From NCBI GenBank assembly GCA_963801165.1, contig CAWDDT010000004.1, forward strand, positions 416,001 to 480,000: a stretch of DNA of 64,000 bases. The letters run 5' to 3'. The DNA comes from an uncultured bacterium (GTDB lineage: Bacteria > Actinomycetota > Acidimicrobiia > Spongiisociales > UBA5794). The notes beneath the pieces are model-generated. The model saw nothing but the letters and a program-made list of their open reading frames with translations. It had not been told where the DNA came from and ran no database searches. The position numbers and the translations under genes are program-made. This document shows, one piece after another, positions 50,878 through 60,534 of this stretch (positions are counted from its first letter, which is position 1; the number at the start of each line of letters is the position of its first letter).

Positions 50878-51276
50878 GAGCGGGCGAACCCGGTCCGTCA
50901 CGGCGAGTCAAGCGCGGCGGTATCTGGCGAAGGCCGAGGAGTACGTTGAGGCGCATCCAGCGAACTCGACGCTCAACGGGGCATCGCTGCGACGGGTCTG
51001 GCCATCCATGCCGCGATCAACGCTGCCGATGCCGTGTGCGGTGTCCGCCTCGGGGAGCGAGCCGTCGGCGAGGATCACGATGAGGTGCTCGTACTGCTGA
51101 AGACGGCCGGCAAGGATGGTGTCGAAGTTGAGAAAGAGCTTCGACGGCTACTTCCGTTGAAGACCAAGGCTGAGTACGACCCCGACAATGTCTCGCTCCC
51201 GACGGCATCAAAGGCAGTTGCGCGAGCGCAAAGATTCGTCGCAGTCGCTCGACGTGTCGTGGCGTCGCTGAGGTGA
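50870..51276 (+). CDS. HEPN-domain protein (frameshift ~50953)
   Basis: YLAKAEEY, AIHAAINAADA, GEDH, LKTKAEY; paired with the MNT gene. Confidence 0.75.
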
Positions 51277-51405
51277 TTCGCGGCTTGTCGGCGGCGGCTT
51301 CCAACGAACTCTGACGGACACTAGACGGACAGTACGGGCTCTAAGCGTCGCTGTGGGCATCGCCCGAAATGCCGATATCCGTTCTCACACAGCGAATACC
51401 TGAGG

Positions 51406-51478
51406 CGCCCCCGGGAGGATTCGAACCTCCGACACCCGGTTTAGGAAACCGGTGCTCTATCCCCTGAGCTACGAGGGC
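51406..51478 (-). tRNA. tRNA-Arg(CCU)
   Basis: Full 73-nt cloverleaf GCCCTCG-TAGCTCAGGGGATAGAGCA-CCGGT TTCCTAA ACCGG-GTGTC-GGAGG TTCGAAT CCTCC-CGGGGGC-G; CCA not encoded. Confidence 0.97.
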
Positions 51479-51484
51479 GAAATA

Positions 51485-52633
51485 TCAAGAATAGCCCGAA
51501 AAATCAGCCTTTCCGGAGTCCTCGGGTAGGGCAACAATGTTGTCAGATGTGCGCTTGGGCCGCACCTGGGCCGCACTGTAACGAGCATCCATCGATTCTG
51601 CGAGGCTATCGAGGTCGTCTTCGAACAGATGAGCGTACCGATCGAGAGTGATCTGCGCCGACGAATGGCCCAGCATTCTTTGCACCGCTTTCACGCTCGC
51701 GCCGGCCGAGATCGCCAGACTTGCCGCCGTGTGTCGCAAGTCGTGGGGCACGAGATCGCCAAGCCCGAGGTCGGCCACTGCAGGCTTCCACACCCTCCGC
51801 AAGAAGTTCGGGGAACGGAGAGGTTGACCGGTCGACGATGCGAACACGAGATCGCCGCCGGCGAGCGTAGGAGCCAACTCGTCCATCAGAAACCTCGGGA
51901 TCACAATCGTTCGGGACCGATGCGACTTCGGAGTGCCCCAGACGAGCTTGCCGTTGACCAGGGTGGCCGATTCCCTCACATAAACCCGGTGCCGCAAGAC
52001 ATCCACGTTGTCCGACCTGAGCGCCACCGCTTCGCCCCAGCGCAGGCCACCGTAGGCGAGGAGCTTGACCAGCTGGGCACCTCCACGCATCCTCTGCTCC
52101 ACCGCATCGGCCAGCTCGGTCACCTGCGTCGCGGTCAGATACCGTTGGTCCCGTTCGGCCGTCTTGGGCACTTTCACCGTCTCTGCCGGATTCCGCCCGA
52201 TGAGGCCGTCATCCACTGCTTGCGTCAGCACCGCGGAGACGACCCGTTTCGCCTGGCCCATCCGCGACGCCGAAAGCCCGTCCGCGGCCATAGCGGCGAC
52301 CCACGCCCTGAGGAAGTCCGGGTTGATCCGTCTCAGTTCGACGGAACCCAGCGCAGGCAAGATCCGTGAATCGAGCAACGAGCGGTAGCCGGCGATTGTC
52401 TTTGGCTTGAGGACGAGGCCTTGAAACCATTCCTCGGCATAGTCTTCGAATCGAACGGCGCCGGCACTCGGGTCAACCCACAGACCGCGGTCCTGCTTCT
52501 GGAGCTCGTCGCGCAGCCATCGCTCGGCATCGACCTTGCGGTCGAACGCCCTCGAGTGTTCCCGCCCGTCAGGGCCCCGGTACCCAGCCCGCCACGGTGT
52601 GGGTCGATCAGGTCGTTTGCGAATCCATCCCAT
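51485..52633 (-). CDS. Tyrosine integrase
   Basis: Arm-binding N-terminus (WRAGYRGPDG..SRAF); catalytic motifs GLRWGE, PKS, HDLRH, LGH, DRY. Confidence 0.95.
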   Translation of the reverse strand: MGWIRKRPDRPTPWRAGYRGPDGREHSRAFDRKVDAERWLRDELQKQDRGLWVDPSAGAVRFEDYAEEWFQGLVLKPKTIAGYRSLLDSRILPALGSVELRRINPDFLRAWVAAMAADGLSASRMGQAKRVVSAVLTQAVDDGLIGRNPAETVKVPKTAERDQRYLTATQVTELADAVEQRMRGGAQLVKLLAYGGLRWGEAVALRSDNVDVLRHRVYVRESATLVNGKLVWGTPKSHRSRTIVIPRFLMDELAPTLAGGDLVFASSTGQPLRSPNFLRRVWKPAVADLGLGDLVPHDLRHTAASLAISAGASVKAVQRMLGHSSAQITLDRYAHLFEDDLDSLAESMDARYSAAQVRPKRTSDNIVALPEDSGKADFSGYS

Positions 52634-52689
52634 TAGAACTCCGGAGCGTAGCCGTCTGTTGTGACGGCGGACTAGGCGAAGACATCTGT

Positions 52690-52878
52690 TCATCGGTCGG
52701 CCCTCTTCTGGTTCTCGATCCACTCCGCGACGTCGGTCCACTGGTAGCGGATGTGCCTTCCCACACGGAACCCACGTGGTCCTTCCCGGCGATACCTCCA
52801 CTGATACAGCGTCGTCGCCGGAACGCCGAGATAAGCGGCGAGGTCGTGCACGGTGAGCAGCCGGTCGCGAGGTGTCAT
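52690..52878 (-). CDS. Excisionase-like HTH protein
   Basis: LLTVHDLAAYLGVPATTLYQWR...GP...VGRHIRY. Confidence 0.9.
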   Translation of the reverse strand: MTPRDRLLTVHDLAAYLGVPATTLYQWRYRREGPRGFRVGRHIRYQWTDVAEWIENQKRADR

Positions 52879-52894
52879 GACCCAATCGTCTGCT

Positions 52895-53052
52895 CCGACC
52901 CTGTCATCAGCCTGTTATTTCGTTGCACCTGGACCTGTCATTGGGTCGGAAACGCTGATTTGGCGGGCGAATTCGACGGGTGGGCCTTTTCGTTATCGCG
53001 GCCGGCTGGGACCCCAATGACAGGGTAGATGGCAACGAAATAACAGGGTCGG
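52895..53052. repeat. Long imperfect inverted repeat between xis and the relaxase
   Basis: CCTGTTATTTCGTTGC/GCAACGAAATAACAGG and CCTGTCATTGGG/CCCAATGACAGG. Confidence 0.8.
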
Positions 53053-53230
53053 CACGTCTACTCACGGGTATGAGACCGCCGACAGGCCCCAACCATCGCC
53101 GAAGATCCCGCTACGGCAATCCTCAAGCCGACACGACCATGGTCGCCGCCACGGCACTGGTACCGCTTCGACTGTACCGACGGCCTGATCGACACACGCA
53201 TCTGCAACCAGTTGCTTCAGGTGGTGTTCC

Positions 53231-55975
53231 GTGTTGAGTCTGGCGAAGGCGGTCAAGGACTACTACCTGCAGAAGCTGGGTGAGATCTCACCACGGGAGG
53301 ACTACTACCTACGGGGCGGTACGGCGACCGGTCGTTGGTGCGGCTCGGGAGCCGCCGAACTCGGTCTCACGGGTGCCGTGTCGGCGGAGGGTTTGGTGCG
53401 GCTGTTTGACGGGAACCATCCCGACACGGGCGAACAGCTGGGTCGCCGTCTCCGTGAAGACGGGGTGGCGGCGTGGGATGTGACCTTCTCGGCGGACAAA
53501 TCGGTGTCGCTGTTGTGGGCGTTGGGTGACGAACTGACCCGCAAGGAAGTCGTCGAGGCGTTCGAGGAAGCAACGTCACAAGCATTCGAGTATCTGGAGT
53601 CGGTAGCCTCATTCACTCGCGGCGCCACCAAGACACCGATCACCGACGAGAACGGGAACCCGGTCCGTGGCCCGAATGGTCGGCTGAGGTATCGGGTGGA
53701 GACCTGGCCGATAGCGACATCGGGGTATGTGGCGGCGGCGTTCACCGAGTACACGTCACGGGCCGACGACCCACAACTGCACACCCATGTCGTCGTTGCC
53801 AACAAGGTCAAAGGCGCCGATGGGGTGTGGCGCACCATCGACGGCCGCCTGTTGTATCGGCATCAGCTCGCCGCCGGCTACCTGCACGAGGCGGTACTAC
53901 GTCGCGAGTTGACCCAGCGGTTGGGGGTGCGGTGGCAGCCGATACACCACGGTGTCGCCGACATTGCCGGGTTCACCCTTGGCCAGATCGAGGCGTTCTC
54001 GCAGCGGCGCCGACAACTCGAAACCTGGCGACAGGAAGAGAGTCTTCCGGATACGGCGGCGGCGCGGCAGGTAGCGGTGATCGCTACCCGCACCGCCAAG
54101 ACCAACCGCTCTCTCGACGAGCTGGAAGAGGTCTGGCAGCGACGAGCCGTAGAGGTCGGTCTCACCCCAGAGAGGATCGGTCGGATTGTCAATCGGAGCA
54201 TGGAGGTCACGTCACCCGACCGTGAAGCACTGTTTGCGGACCTGGCATCACCAGACGGGCTCACCGCACACAAGTCGACATTCGCCGTACCAGAGGTCAT
54301 CCAACATGTCGCCGCTGCACTCCCCGAGGGAGGCACCCGGACCGAGATCGAAGCCCTCGCCGACACATTCCTGAAGGGCAGCGACATCATTCCGCTCCTC
54401 CCCAGCCCGCAACTCGAACCCCCAGCTCAAGCCGGAACGAACTCGCTTGCCGAGCCGAACGGCCGACAGCTCGTCGATGAGGCACGGGTGCCTGTGATGC
54501 GTACCCGTCGCGGTGAACCGTTCCCCGCACCGACCCTGCCCAGCTACACCACCGCCGAGCTCCTGGCCACCGGGCAGCGGATCGTCGACTACGCAATGGC
54601 CGGCGTCGGTCAGGGTCGTTGGCAGGCACCGCACCGGCTCGTTGAAACGTGGCTACGCAACAGACCGGAACTCACCGACGGGCAACGCCAGATTGTGCGC
54701 AGCTTCGCAACCTCCGGCAACACCGTCGATATCGGTATCGGTCCTGCCGGCAGTGGCAAGACCGCCGTTGTCGCCGTCGTCAACCAACTCGCCCAACTCA
54801 CCAGACGACCCATCATCGGAGCTGCCCTCGCCGCTCGCACCGCATCCGGCCTCCAAACCGACACCGGCGTCCCCTCCACCACCCTCGCCCGACTCCTCAG
54901 CCGAGCCCAACACGGATCCAGTCTTCCTACCGGTGTGGTGGTGGTCGTCGACGAAGCTGGCATGGTCGGCACCCGGCAGCTCGCTGCCGTCGTCGATCTT
55001 GTCGACCAAGCAGATGGCAAACTGGTCCTGGTCGGGGATGACAAGCAACTCCCCGAGATCGACGCCGGCGGTCTGTTCCGTGCCCTCGCCATGAGGCTGC
55101 CAGCCGTCGAACTCACCGACAATGTGCGTCAGCAGGCGGCCTGGGAACGCCAAGCACTCGACGAGCTCCGCAACGGATCCGTACAACAGGCAATGCAGGC
55201 CTATGTCGAGCATCGGCGTCTCGTCCTCGGCCGCAACCGTACCGATGCGGTCACCAGAGCCTGTGCTGACTGGTATCGGTACGTCCGGTCATCCGGCGAG
55301 ATAGGTTCGGCGCTGCTCATCGCCCACGACAACGACACCGTCACCCAACTCAACGAAAAGGCACGACAGCACCTCGCCGCCTCCGGGCACCTCCACGGAC
55401 CCACACACCAAGCGGCAGGCATCGTGCTCCAGGCTGGTGACCGGATCCTCTGCCGCCGAAACCGATATGAGCTCGATGTCCTCAACGGCGACCTCGGCAC
55501 CATCACCGTCGTAGACCAGGATGCGGGAACGGTCACCGTCCGTCTCGACCGAGACCCCGAAACCCGAGAGCTACCGGACTGGTATCTCAACGACGCGAAA
55601 GTCGGCTACGGATACGCCCTCACCGCCCACAAAGCCCAAGGCATCACAACCGGGCGCACCTTCACCGTCATCACCGGAACCACCGACCGGGAATGGGCCT
55701 ACGTCGCCCTCAGCAGAGGCCGCAACGCCAACACCCTCTACCTCGCATCTCCCGAACCCGGCCACCAGGAATGCTCCCACCTCACCCACCAGACACGGCA
55801 GCAGAGAGCTGATGCTCCTTGTGCATTCCTCACCCGCAGCAGGGCACAGATCGCGGCTACCGACAGAGAAGAACCGCGAGGGGCAGGTCTCTTCGTTGTT
55901 GTTGGCCACGACGGGGCAACCTGTGCGCGCCGGTTGACACAGTCCCGCCCAGGGTTGCCGGTCTTCGGTTGGTAG
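53231..55975 (+). CDS. MOBF (TrwC-like) relaxase-helicase
   Basis: DYY twice, DVTFSADKSVS, TSRADDPQLHTH; SF1 motifs GPAGSGKT, DEAGM, GDDKQL, HKAQG, YVALSRGR. Confidence 0.93.
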   Translation: MLSLAKAVKDYYLQKLGEISPREDYYLRGGTATGRWCGSGAAELGLTGAVSAEGLVRLFDGNHPDTGEQLGRRLREDGVAAWDVTFSADKSVSLLWALGDELTRKEVVEAFEEATSQAFEYLESVASFTRGATKTPITDENGNPVRGPNGRLRYRVETWPIATSGYVAAAFTEYTSRADDPQLHTHVVVANKVKGADGVWRTIDGRLLYRHQLAAGYLHEAVLRRELTQRLGVRWQPIHHGVADIAGFTLGQIEAFSQRRRQLETWRQEESLPDTAAARQVAVIATRTAKTNRSLDELEEVWQRRAVEVGLTPERIGRIVNRSMEVTSPDREALFADLASPDGLTAHKSTFAVPEVIQHVAAALPEGGTRTEIEALADTFLKGSDIIPLLPSPQLEPPAQAGTNSLAEPNGRQLVDEARVPVMRTRRGEPFPAPTLPSYTTAELLATGQRIVDYAMAGVGQGRWQAPHRLVETWLRNRPELTDGQRQIVRSFATSGNTVDIGIGPAGSGKTAVVAVVNQLAQLTRRPIIGAALAARTASGLQTDTGVPSTTLARLLSRAQHGSSLPTGVVVVVDEAGMVGTRQLAAVVDLVDQADGKLVLVGDDKQLPEIDAGGLFRALAMRLPAVELTDNVRQQAAWERQALDELRNGSVQQAMQAYVEHRRLVLGRNRTDAVTRACADWYRYVRSSGEIGSALLIAHDNDTVTQLNEKARQHLAASGHLHGPTHQAAGIVLQAGDRILCRRNRYELDVLNGDLGTITVVDQDAGTVTVRLDRDPETRELPDWYLNDAKVGYGYALTAHKAQGITTGRTFTVITGTTDREWAYVALSRGRNANTLYLASPEPGHQECSHLTHQTRQQRADAPCAFLTRSRAQIAATDREEPRGAGLFVVVGHDGATCARRLTQSRPGLPVFGW

Positions 55976-56081
55976 GCGACGTGGCAAGGTTGATGGCGCG
56001 CTGAGGTGTGCTCGAGCACCGGTGCCACCGTGCCATGTGCGACACTGACGTCGGTCGACGCTTGGCACCGGCGGGTGCCTG

Positions 56082-56882
56082 CTATTGGTCGGTGAGGACG
56101 CAGAGCGCGAACGGGTAACCGTCGATGAGTTCGGCGGGTCCGAGGACGTCCGGGCAACGGTGGGTCCACTCGTCGATCGTGTCCTCGTAGCCGGGTGGTG
56201 CAGGGCCGTTGTTGACCATACCCCAGGAGGTCCAGAGACGTTGTGAACAGCTGAAACCACCGTCGGCGGTCGCGACGTCTATGCCGCCGTCTTCGGTATA
56301 GACGGTGAAGTTCATCGTGGCAGCCAGTTCGTCGGCGATACCGCTTGTCGAGACGATCAGCGAGCGGAGCACGAAGCTTTCGTCGCGGCTGGCCCGATCC
56401 GTCAGGTAAGCGGCCAGAGTGGCCCTGTCGAACGACTCGGGTTGGATTCGGGGCTGGCTGTCACCTGTGATGGAGAAGAACAGGAACCCGCTCTCCGCGA
56501 TCTGGCTCTCGGCGGCGGCCGGATCCGAGGTCAAGTCTGACAGGAGCCGCTGCGACGATTCAGCCACCGTAGTGGCATCACATTCGCTCGACGCAGGAGC
56601 GGCTGAGACCGGTGCCGACGTGGTGACGACAGTCGTGTTGGCCGACATTGTGGTCGCGGTCGGTCCAGTCGTGGTGGTCGCAGATGTGGCGCCTGCGGAT
56701 CGAGGCAGCTCAGCCGTGTGCGTAATCCAGAGCATCGAGCCAACGAGCGCGACTGTCACGAACGCGGCAAGTGCGAATACCTTCAACCGTCCTCTCGCAT
56801 GGGGTGGCTGCGGTACCGGTACATCCTCGAGCCGTGCGTTGAGACGAGATCCCGCCCGAAGTAGTTCATCGTCGAGGCTCAT
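56082..56882 (-). CDS. Membrane-anchored putative anti-sigma factor
   Basis: Short cytoplasmic N-terminus, one TM, Thr-rich linker, Cys-containing outer domain; overlaps the sigma gene end. Confidence 0.75.
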   Translation of the reverse strand: MSLDDELLRAGSRLNARLEDVPVPQPPHARGRLKVFALAAFVTVALVGSMLWITHTAELPRSAGATSATTTTGPTATTMSANTTVVTTSAPVSAAPASSECDATTVAESSQRLLSDLTSDPAAAESQIAESGFLFFSITGDSQPRIQPESFDRATLAAYLTDRASRDESFVLRSLIVSTSGIADELAATMNFTVYTEDGGIDVATADGGFSCSQRLWTSWGMVNNGPAPPGYEDTIDEWTHRCPDVLGPAELIDGYPFALCVLTDQ

Positions 56883-57426
56883 CCTCGTTACCTCCTATTC
56901 CGAGACGCTTCGCCAATGTCTGCTTGGCGCGGCTGAGATGGGTCTTGACTGTTTCGTCGGAACAACCCAACACCTCGGCCACTTCTCGCCGAGACATTCC
57001 GCCCAGATACACGAGTGCCACTGCCTGCGCCTGTCGGTGAGGCAACCGCCGAACCTCACGCCATAGGTCAAGCCGGGCTTCAATGTCCAGCCCTGGATAG
57101 CTCGTGGGCGTGGAAGCGAGACGTAGCAGTGCACGAGCCCGGGACCTAGCTCGACGCAACCACGAAACCGAGCTGTTCGTCACCACCGTTCGTACCCACG
57201 CACCCGGATTATCCATCTGACACACCCTGTGCCAATTGCGGAGCGTCGCCACAAACGCTTCCTGCGCCAACTCTTCGGCCACGGCTTGGTCGCCCGAGAG
57301 CACGATTGCCAGCCCCAGCACCTGGCGGTACTGGCGGCGATAAAACGTCTCGAAACTCTCGCTAGCTCTCACCAGCGGCAGGTCATTCACCCGACTCAAC
57401 TCACTCCATGTCCGAATCGTTGCCAC
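56866..57426 (-). CDS. ECF RNA polymerase sigma factor (paralog of 790..1338)
   Basis: Regions 2 and 4 present; colinear and highly similar to the left copy. Confidence 0.93.
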   Translation of the reverse strand: MATIRTWSELSRVNDLPLVRASESFETFYRRQYRQVLGLAIVLSGDQAVAEELAQEAFVATLRNWHRVCQMDNPGAWVRTVVTNSSVSWLRRARSRARALLRLASTPTSYPGLDIEARLDLWREVRRLPHRQAQAVALVYLGGMSRREVAEVLGCSDETVKTHLSRAKQTLAKRLGIGGNEDEPRR

Positions 57427-57776
57427 GCCTAATAAAACGCATCAGCGACATCATTTGGGGGACATCATCGCGAAAGAAGGCCAGAAGCCGGCTTGCGGGA
57501 TCTGCTACCGCTGCGCCACCTACAGGCGATGCACCCAATGACCGGGCTAGCTACCCAACACACCGCGCCAGTTCGTCGGCCAGTAGCATCTCTCCGCTGC
57601 GGGCTTGGGCCGCACCTGGGCCGCAACGGACGTGAGAACATGAGAAATGATGAAAGACGATGAGAGGCGAAATCGCCCGGAAAATCAGGCTTTCCGCCGG
57701 TTTGCCCTGGTAGACAAAGACCCCCAAAACGGTTTAGGAAACCGGTGCTCTATCCCCTGAGCTACGAGGGCGAAAT

Positions 57777-57932
57777 GTCAAGAATAGCCCGAAAAATCAG
57801 CCTTTCCGGGATCCACGGGCAGGTCCACAACATCGTCGGATATGCCCCTGGGCCGCACCATAACGAGCATCCATCGACTCTGCTAGGCAATCCAGGCCAC
57901 CTTCGAACAGGTGTGCCAACCGACCTAGAGTG
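57777..57932 (-). pseudogene. C-terminal remnant of a related integrase
   Basis: LGRLAHLFEGGLDCLAESMDARYGAAQ versus LDRYAHLFEDDLDSLAESMDARYSAAQ; DNA colinear with ~51484..51650. Confidence 0.85.
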
Positions 57933-58000
57933 GCCCGGGAACCGTCGGCGGCTATCGGATCGTCCAAGTCACCGAGAGAACTCGCCCGGGGGTACACAGA

Positions 58001-58885
58001 ATGAACCGGTCCGTCCCTGTCCTCATCGTCGTGGCGCTTCTGATCGGTGGCTGCGTGGATTCGCGTCCAGAACAGGCGAACGACACCGGCTCCGGCGTAA
58101 CGGTGTCCGCATTGCAGGCTCCGCACGTCACCGACTCGGGCGATCAGAAACCGCCGCCCCTCGAGATTGGCACGTCGGCCGAGCGAGTCGAGGTACCGGG
58201 ATATGACTACACCTGGGGTGCCGACGATTCGGAGATGGGTGTTTCTGCCGACTCGTTTGGTCGCGAGGAGCCAACCCCGCTAACGGTCGATACCTCGACA
58301 GTCCCGGTGCAATGGATAGACGGGGCGGTATTGTCGGCGTCGGTGTCGCTCGAAGGGGATAAGTGTGACACCCCGCTGCTCGAGCCTTCCGGGCCGGGCG
58401 AATGGGTTCTTGCCATGCCGCCGGCTCCCGGTACCTACCGGGTCGGGTTCTATGGCACGTCAGGTCGGTGGAAGAGTCTATTTGCCATCATGTTGACCTC
58501 GACGGTGGAAGGCCCGCCCCTGACACCGCACGCAGAGGTGTGGTGGCCCGACACGATCGACCGGTTCCAGCCGTACGTAGAGATCGCCGGTCCGCCAGAC
58601 AACGCAACCATGACGCTGAGGGTCTCGGCGACGGGCGCCGATGCGACGACTCTCGTACTTGACCGGGTACCGCCGAGCGAGCACCCCCAAAGTTGTCCTC
58701 CGACGTTCCGTATCGGCGACGAGACTCCCTTCTCACGCAACACGGAGCTACCCGGAAACCCTCCGTACACCATCTCCCTCCTTGTCGAATCCCCTGAAGG
58801 TGATTATGAGGCGAGCTGGCGCTGGCCCGACGACCTCAACCCAACTGGCAAACTCGTGGGATCGATGACAGAGACATCGAGCTGA
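58001..58885 (+). CDS. Hypothetical lipoprotein
   Basis: Lipobox IGGC; protein-like composition. Confidence 0.65.
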   Translation: MNRSVPVLIVVALLIGGCVDSRPEQANDTGSGVTVSALQAPHVTDSGDQKPPPLEIGTSAERVEVPGYDYTWGADDSEMGVSADSFGREEPTPLTVDTSTVPVQWIDGAVLSASVSLEGDKCDTPLLEPSGPGEWVLAMPPAPGTYRVGFYGTSGRWKSLFAIMLTSTVEGPPLTPHAEVWWPDTIDRFQPYVEIAGPPDNATMTLRVSATGADATTLVLDRVPPSEHPQSCPPTFRIGDETPFSRNTELPGNPPYTISLLVESPEGDYEASWRWPDDLNPTGKLVGSMTETSS

Positions 58886-59522
58886 CATGACATCCGACAC
58901 CAATTTCCCCCGTTCGACCATCCGCGGCAGATTCTTCGGGCTCTCCGTTGTAGACGAAACGCCCCAACGCGGTCGACGAAACGGCGCCAACGCCGCCGGA
59001 TCGCATAGACCGCCGGGTTGTCTCCGCGTGGCCCGCCACCGAACTCCCATTCGACCATCCGCTGCAGTGGTGGCCTCTACGTGGCTGCGAACCCGCGAGG
59101 TCCAGCCGTTGTCAAACACGGATTCCTCGTCGACCTCGACGCTTGACTGCACCCACATCGCCCTGCGTTTTATACGTCGCGAATGTAGATGTAGGAACTC
59201 GTCCGTTGAGCGCCCAAGGTCGCGAGCGGGCAGCTGCATCGACCGGTATCGCTCCCTCGCGATGTCGCTGTCGACCGCTTACAGGAGAATCTCCAGGTCT
59301 CGTCGAATGGCGGAGGCCGCCTCCCGGAAGTGGGCCGCGACCTCAAGGAGCGCGGTGGGATGTGATCCCGGTTGGCTGACCCAGTTTCTCGAACGCTGCC
59401 CGGCAGAGTTCAACGCCTTGTGTGTGCATCACTCGATCCGGATCGCAAATCGATCGCCCAGGAGAATACGAGCCAATAGGGATCCAGAGCGCTAGCCGCG
59501 TCGCAGAATCGCCTCCGCCAGG

Positions 59523-60529
59523 TCATCCGGCATTTGGATCGTCTCCATCCATCCTGCCGGCGCCAAGTCGTCCGGGCACGAAGGCCTCGTCAAGTTCCAC
59601 GATCGCTCCACCGCAATCAGCGGCCTCGAGAAGCTCCAAAGCGGCATTGAGAACGGCGGTCTGACGCAACCTGTCTCGTGGTGCGCCCATCGGTCGGCCC
59701 ATCGGGTGGCGGGTGATCACCGTCCGGGGTACCCCCATCGTCTGCGCCAAGTGGCGGAAGGACCGAACGAACACCGACACAGTGGGGATACCGCTGGCTT
59801 CGATTGCTCGCGCGACGTGTCCGACCGACACGTGGCATGCTGGTCAGACGGGTACCAGTAAGACCGCGTCGATCTGATCACGACCGAGGATGGCGGCCCA
59901 TTCATCTGCCGCCTTCTTGACCCGGCCCTGGGCGGCTGCTCCCGTGAAGGAATAGAGTGTTTCGGCAACGCTGCCGATCCTTCCCGCGGCCTCCGCTTCG
60001 AGAATACGATCGAGGGGAAACGTCACATTCGGATCGTGCCTGACGGATCGAACATCGTACCCACCATGACGTACGACCAGGTCCGCGGTCGGGGTGTCCG
60101 CGGAATTGCCGAAAGCGTTGGTGCTGCCCGCAGGAAGTCCGTAATCCGGTCCTCCGCTTCTTGCTGGGTCATCCCCTTGACTCCGAACGGTTCGGGATCA
60201 CGGCCCACGACGAAGTGCCCACTGGAAGTCAACAGACCGAGTTTCGACTCGGGGAGGGATTTGCGTAGGGGGGCGAACGGTCGATCATCGTAGCTCCAGC
60301 GTGGCTCGGTGCCGGGTCGCGGGGAGTAGGCGGCCACTTCGGTCTCGTACACCAGTTGCACGACGGGTCGAACGTCGCCCGTATCGTAAGCCGCTCCCAC
60401 CTCCCGGAATAGCCGCTGAATGAACTCCGTCGCGGCCTCGTCGGTCATCGACTTCAAGAACTTGAAGGAGAGGTCCGACCGGGATCCGTAGAAGAAGGAC
60501 TGTCGGAACTCTTCCAGCGATTCCGACAT
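59523..60529 (-). CDS. PrdB/GrdB-family selenoprotein B (Sec at TGA 59844..59846; frameshift ~60100)
   Basis: LGLLTSSGH, HGGYD...DPNVTFPLDR, DAVLLVPV-U-PACHVSVGHVARAIEASGIPTV, HPMGRPMGAP. Confidence 0.85.
59815..59843 (-). promoter_or_regulatory. Bacterial SECIS-like hairpin
   Basis: ACGTGTC-GGTCG-GACACGT; 17 nt between the UGA and the loop, which starts with G. Confidence 0.7.
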
Positions 60530-60534
60530 CAGGC

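Larger units (their letters stand above)
51437..57776. mobile_element. Integrative mobilizable element (6293-bp unit) in tRNA-Arg(CCU)
   Basis: 47-bp perfect direct repeat (51437..51483 and 57730..57776) enclosing int, xis, MOBF relaxase and the ECF cassette. Confidence 0.88.

Noticed and set aside
52634-52885. N-terminal extension of the integrase in the ORF track
   Set aside because: It overlaps xis in another frame; the likely start is ATG 52633 with a GGAG RBS.
58890-59500. Possible gene remnant between the lipoprotein and the selenoprotein
   Set aside because: Interrupted frames and no recognisable motif.
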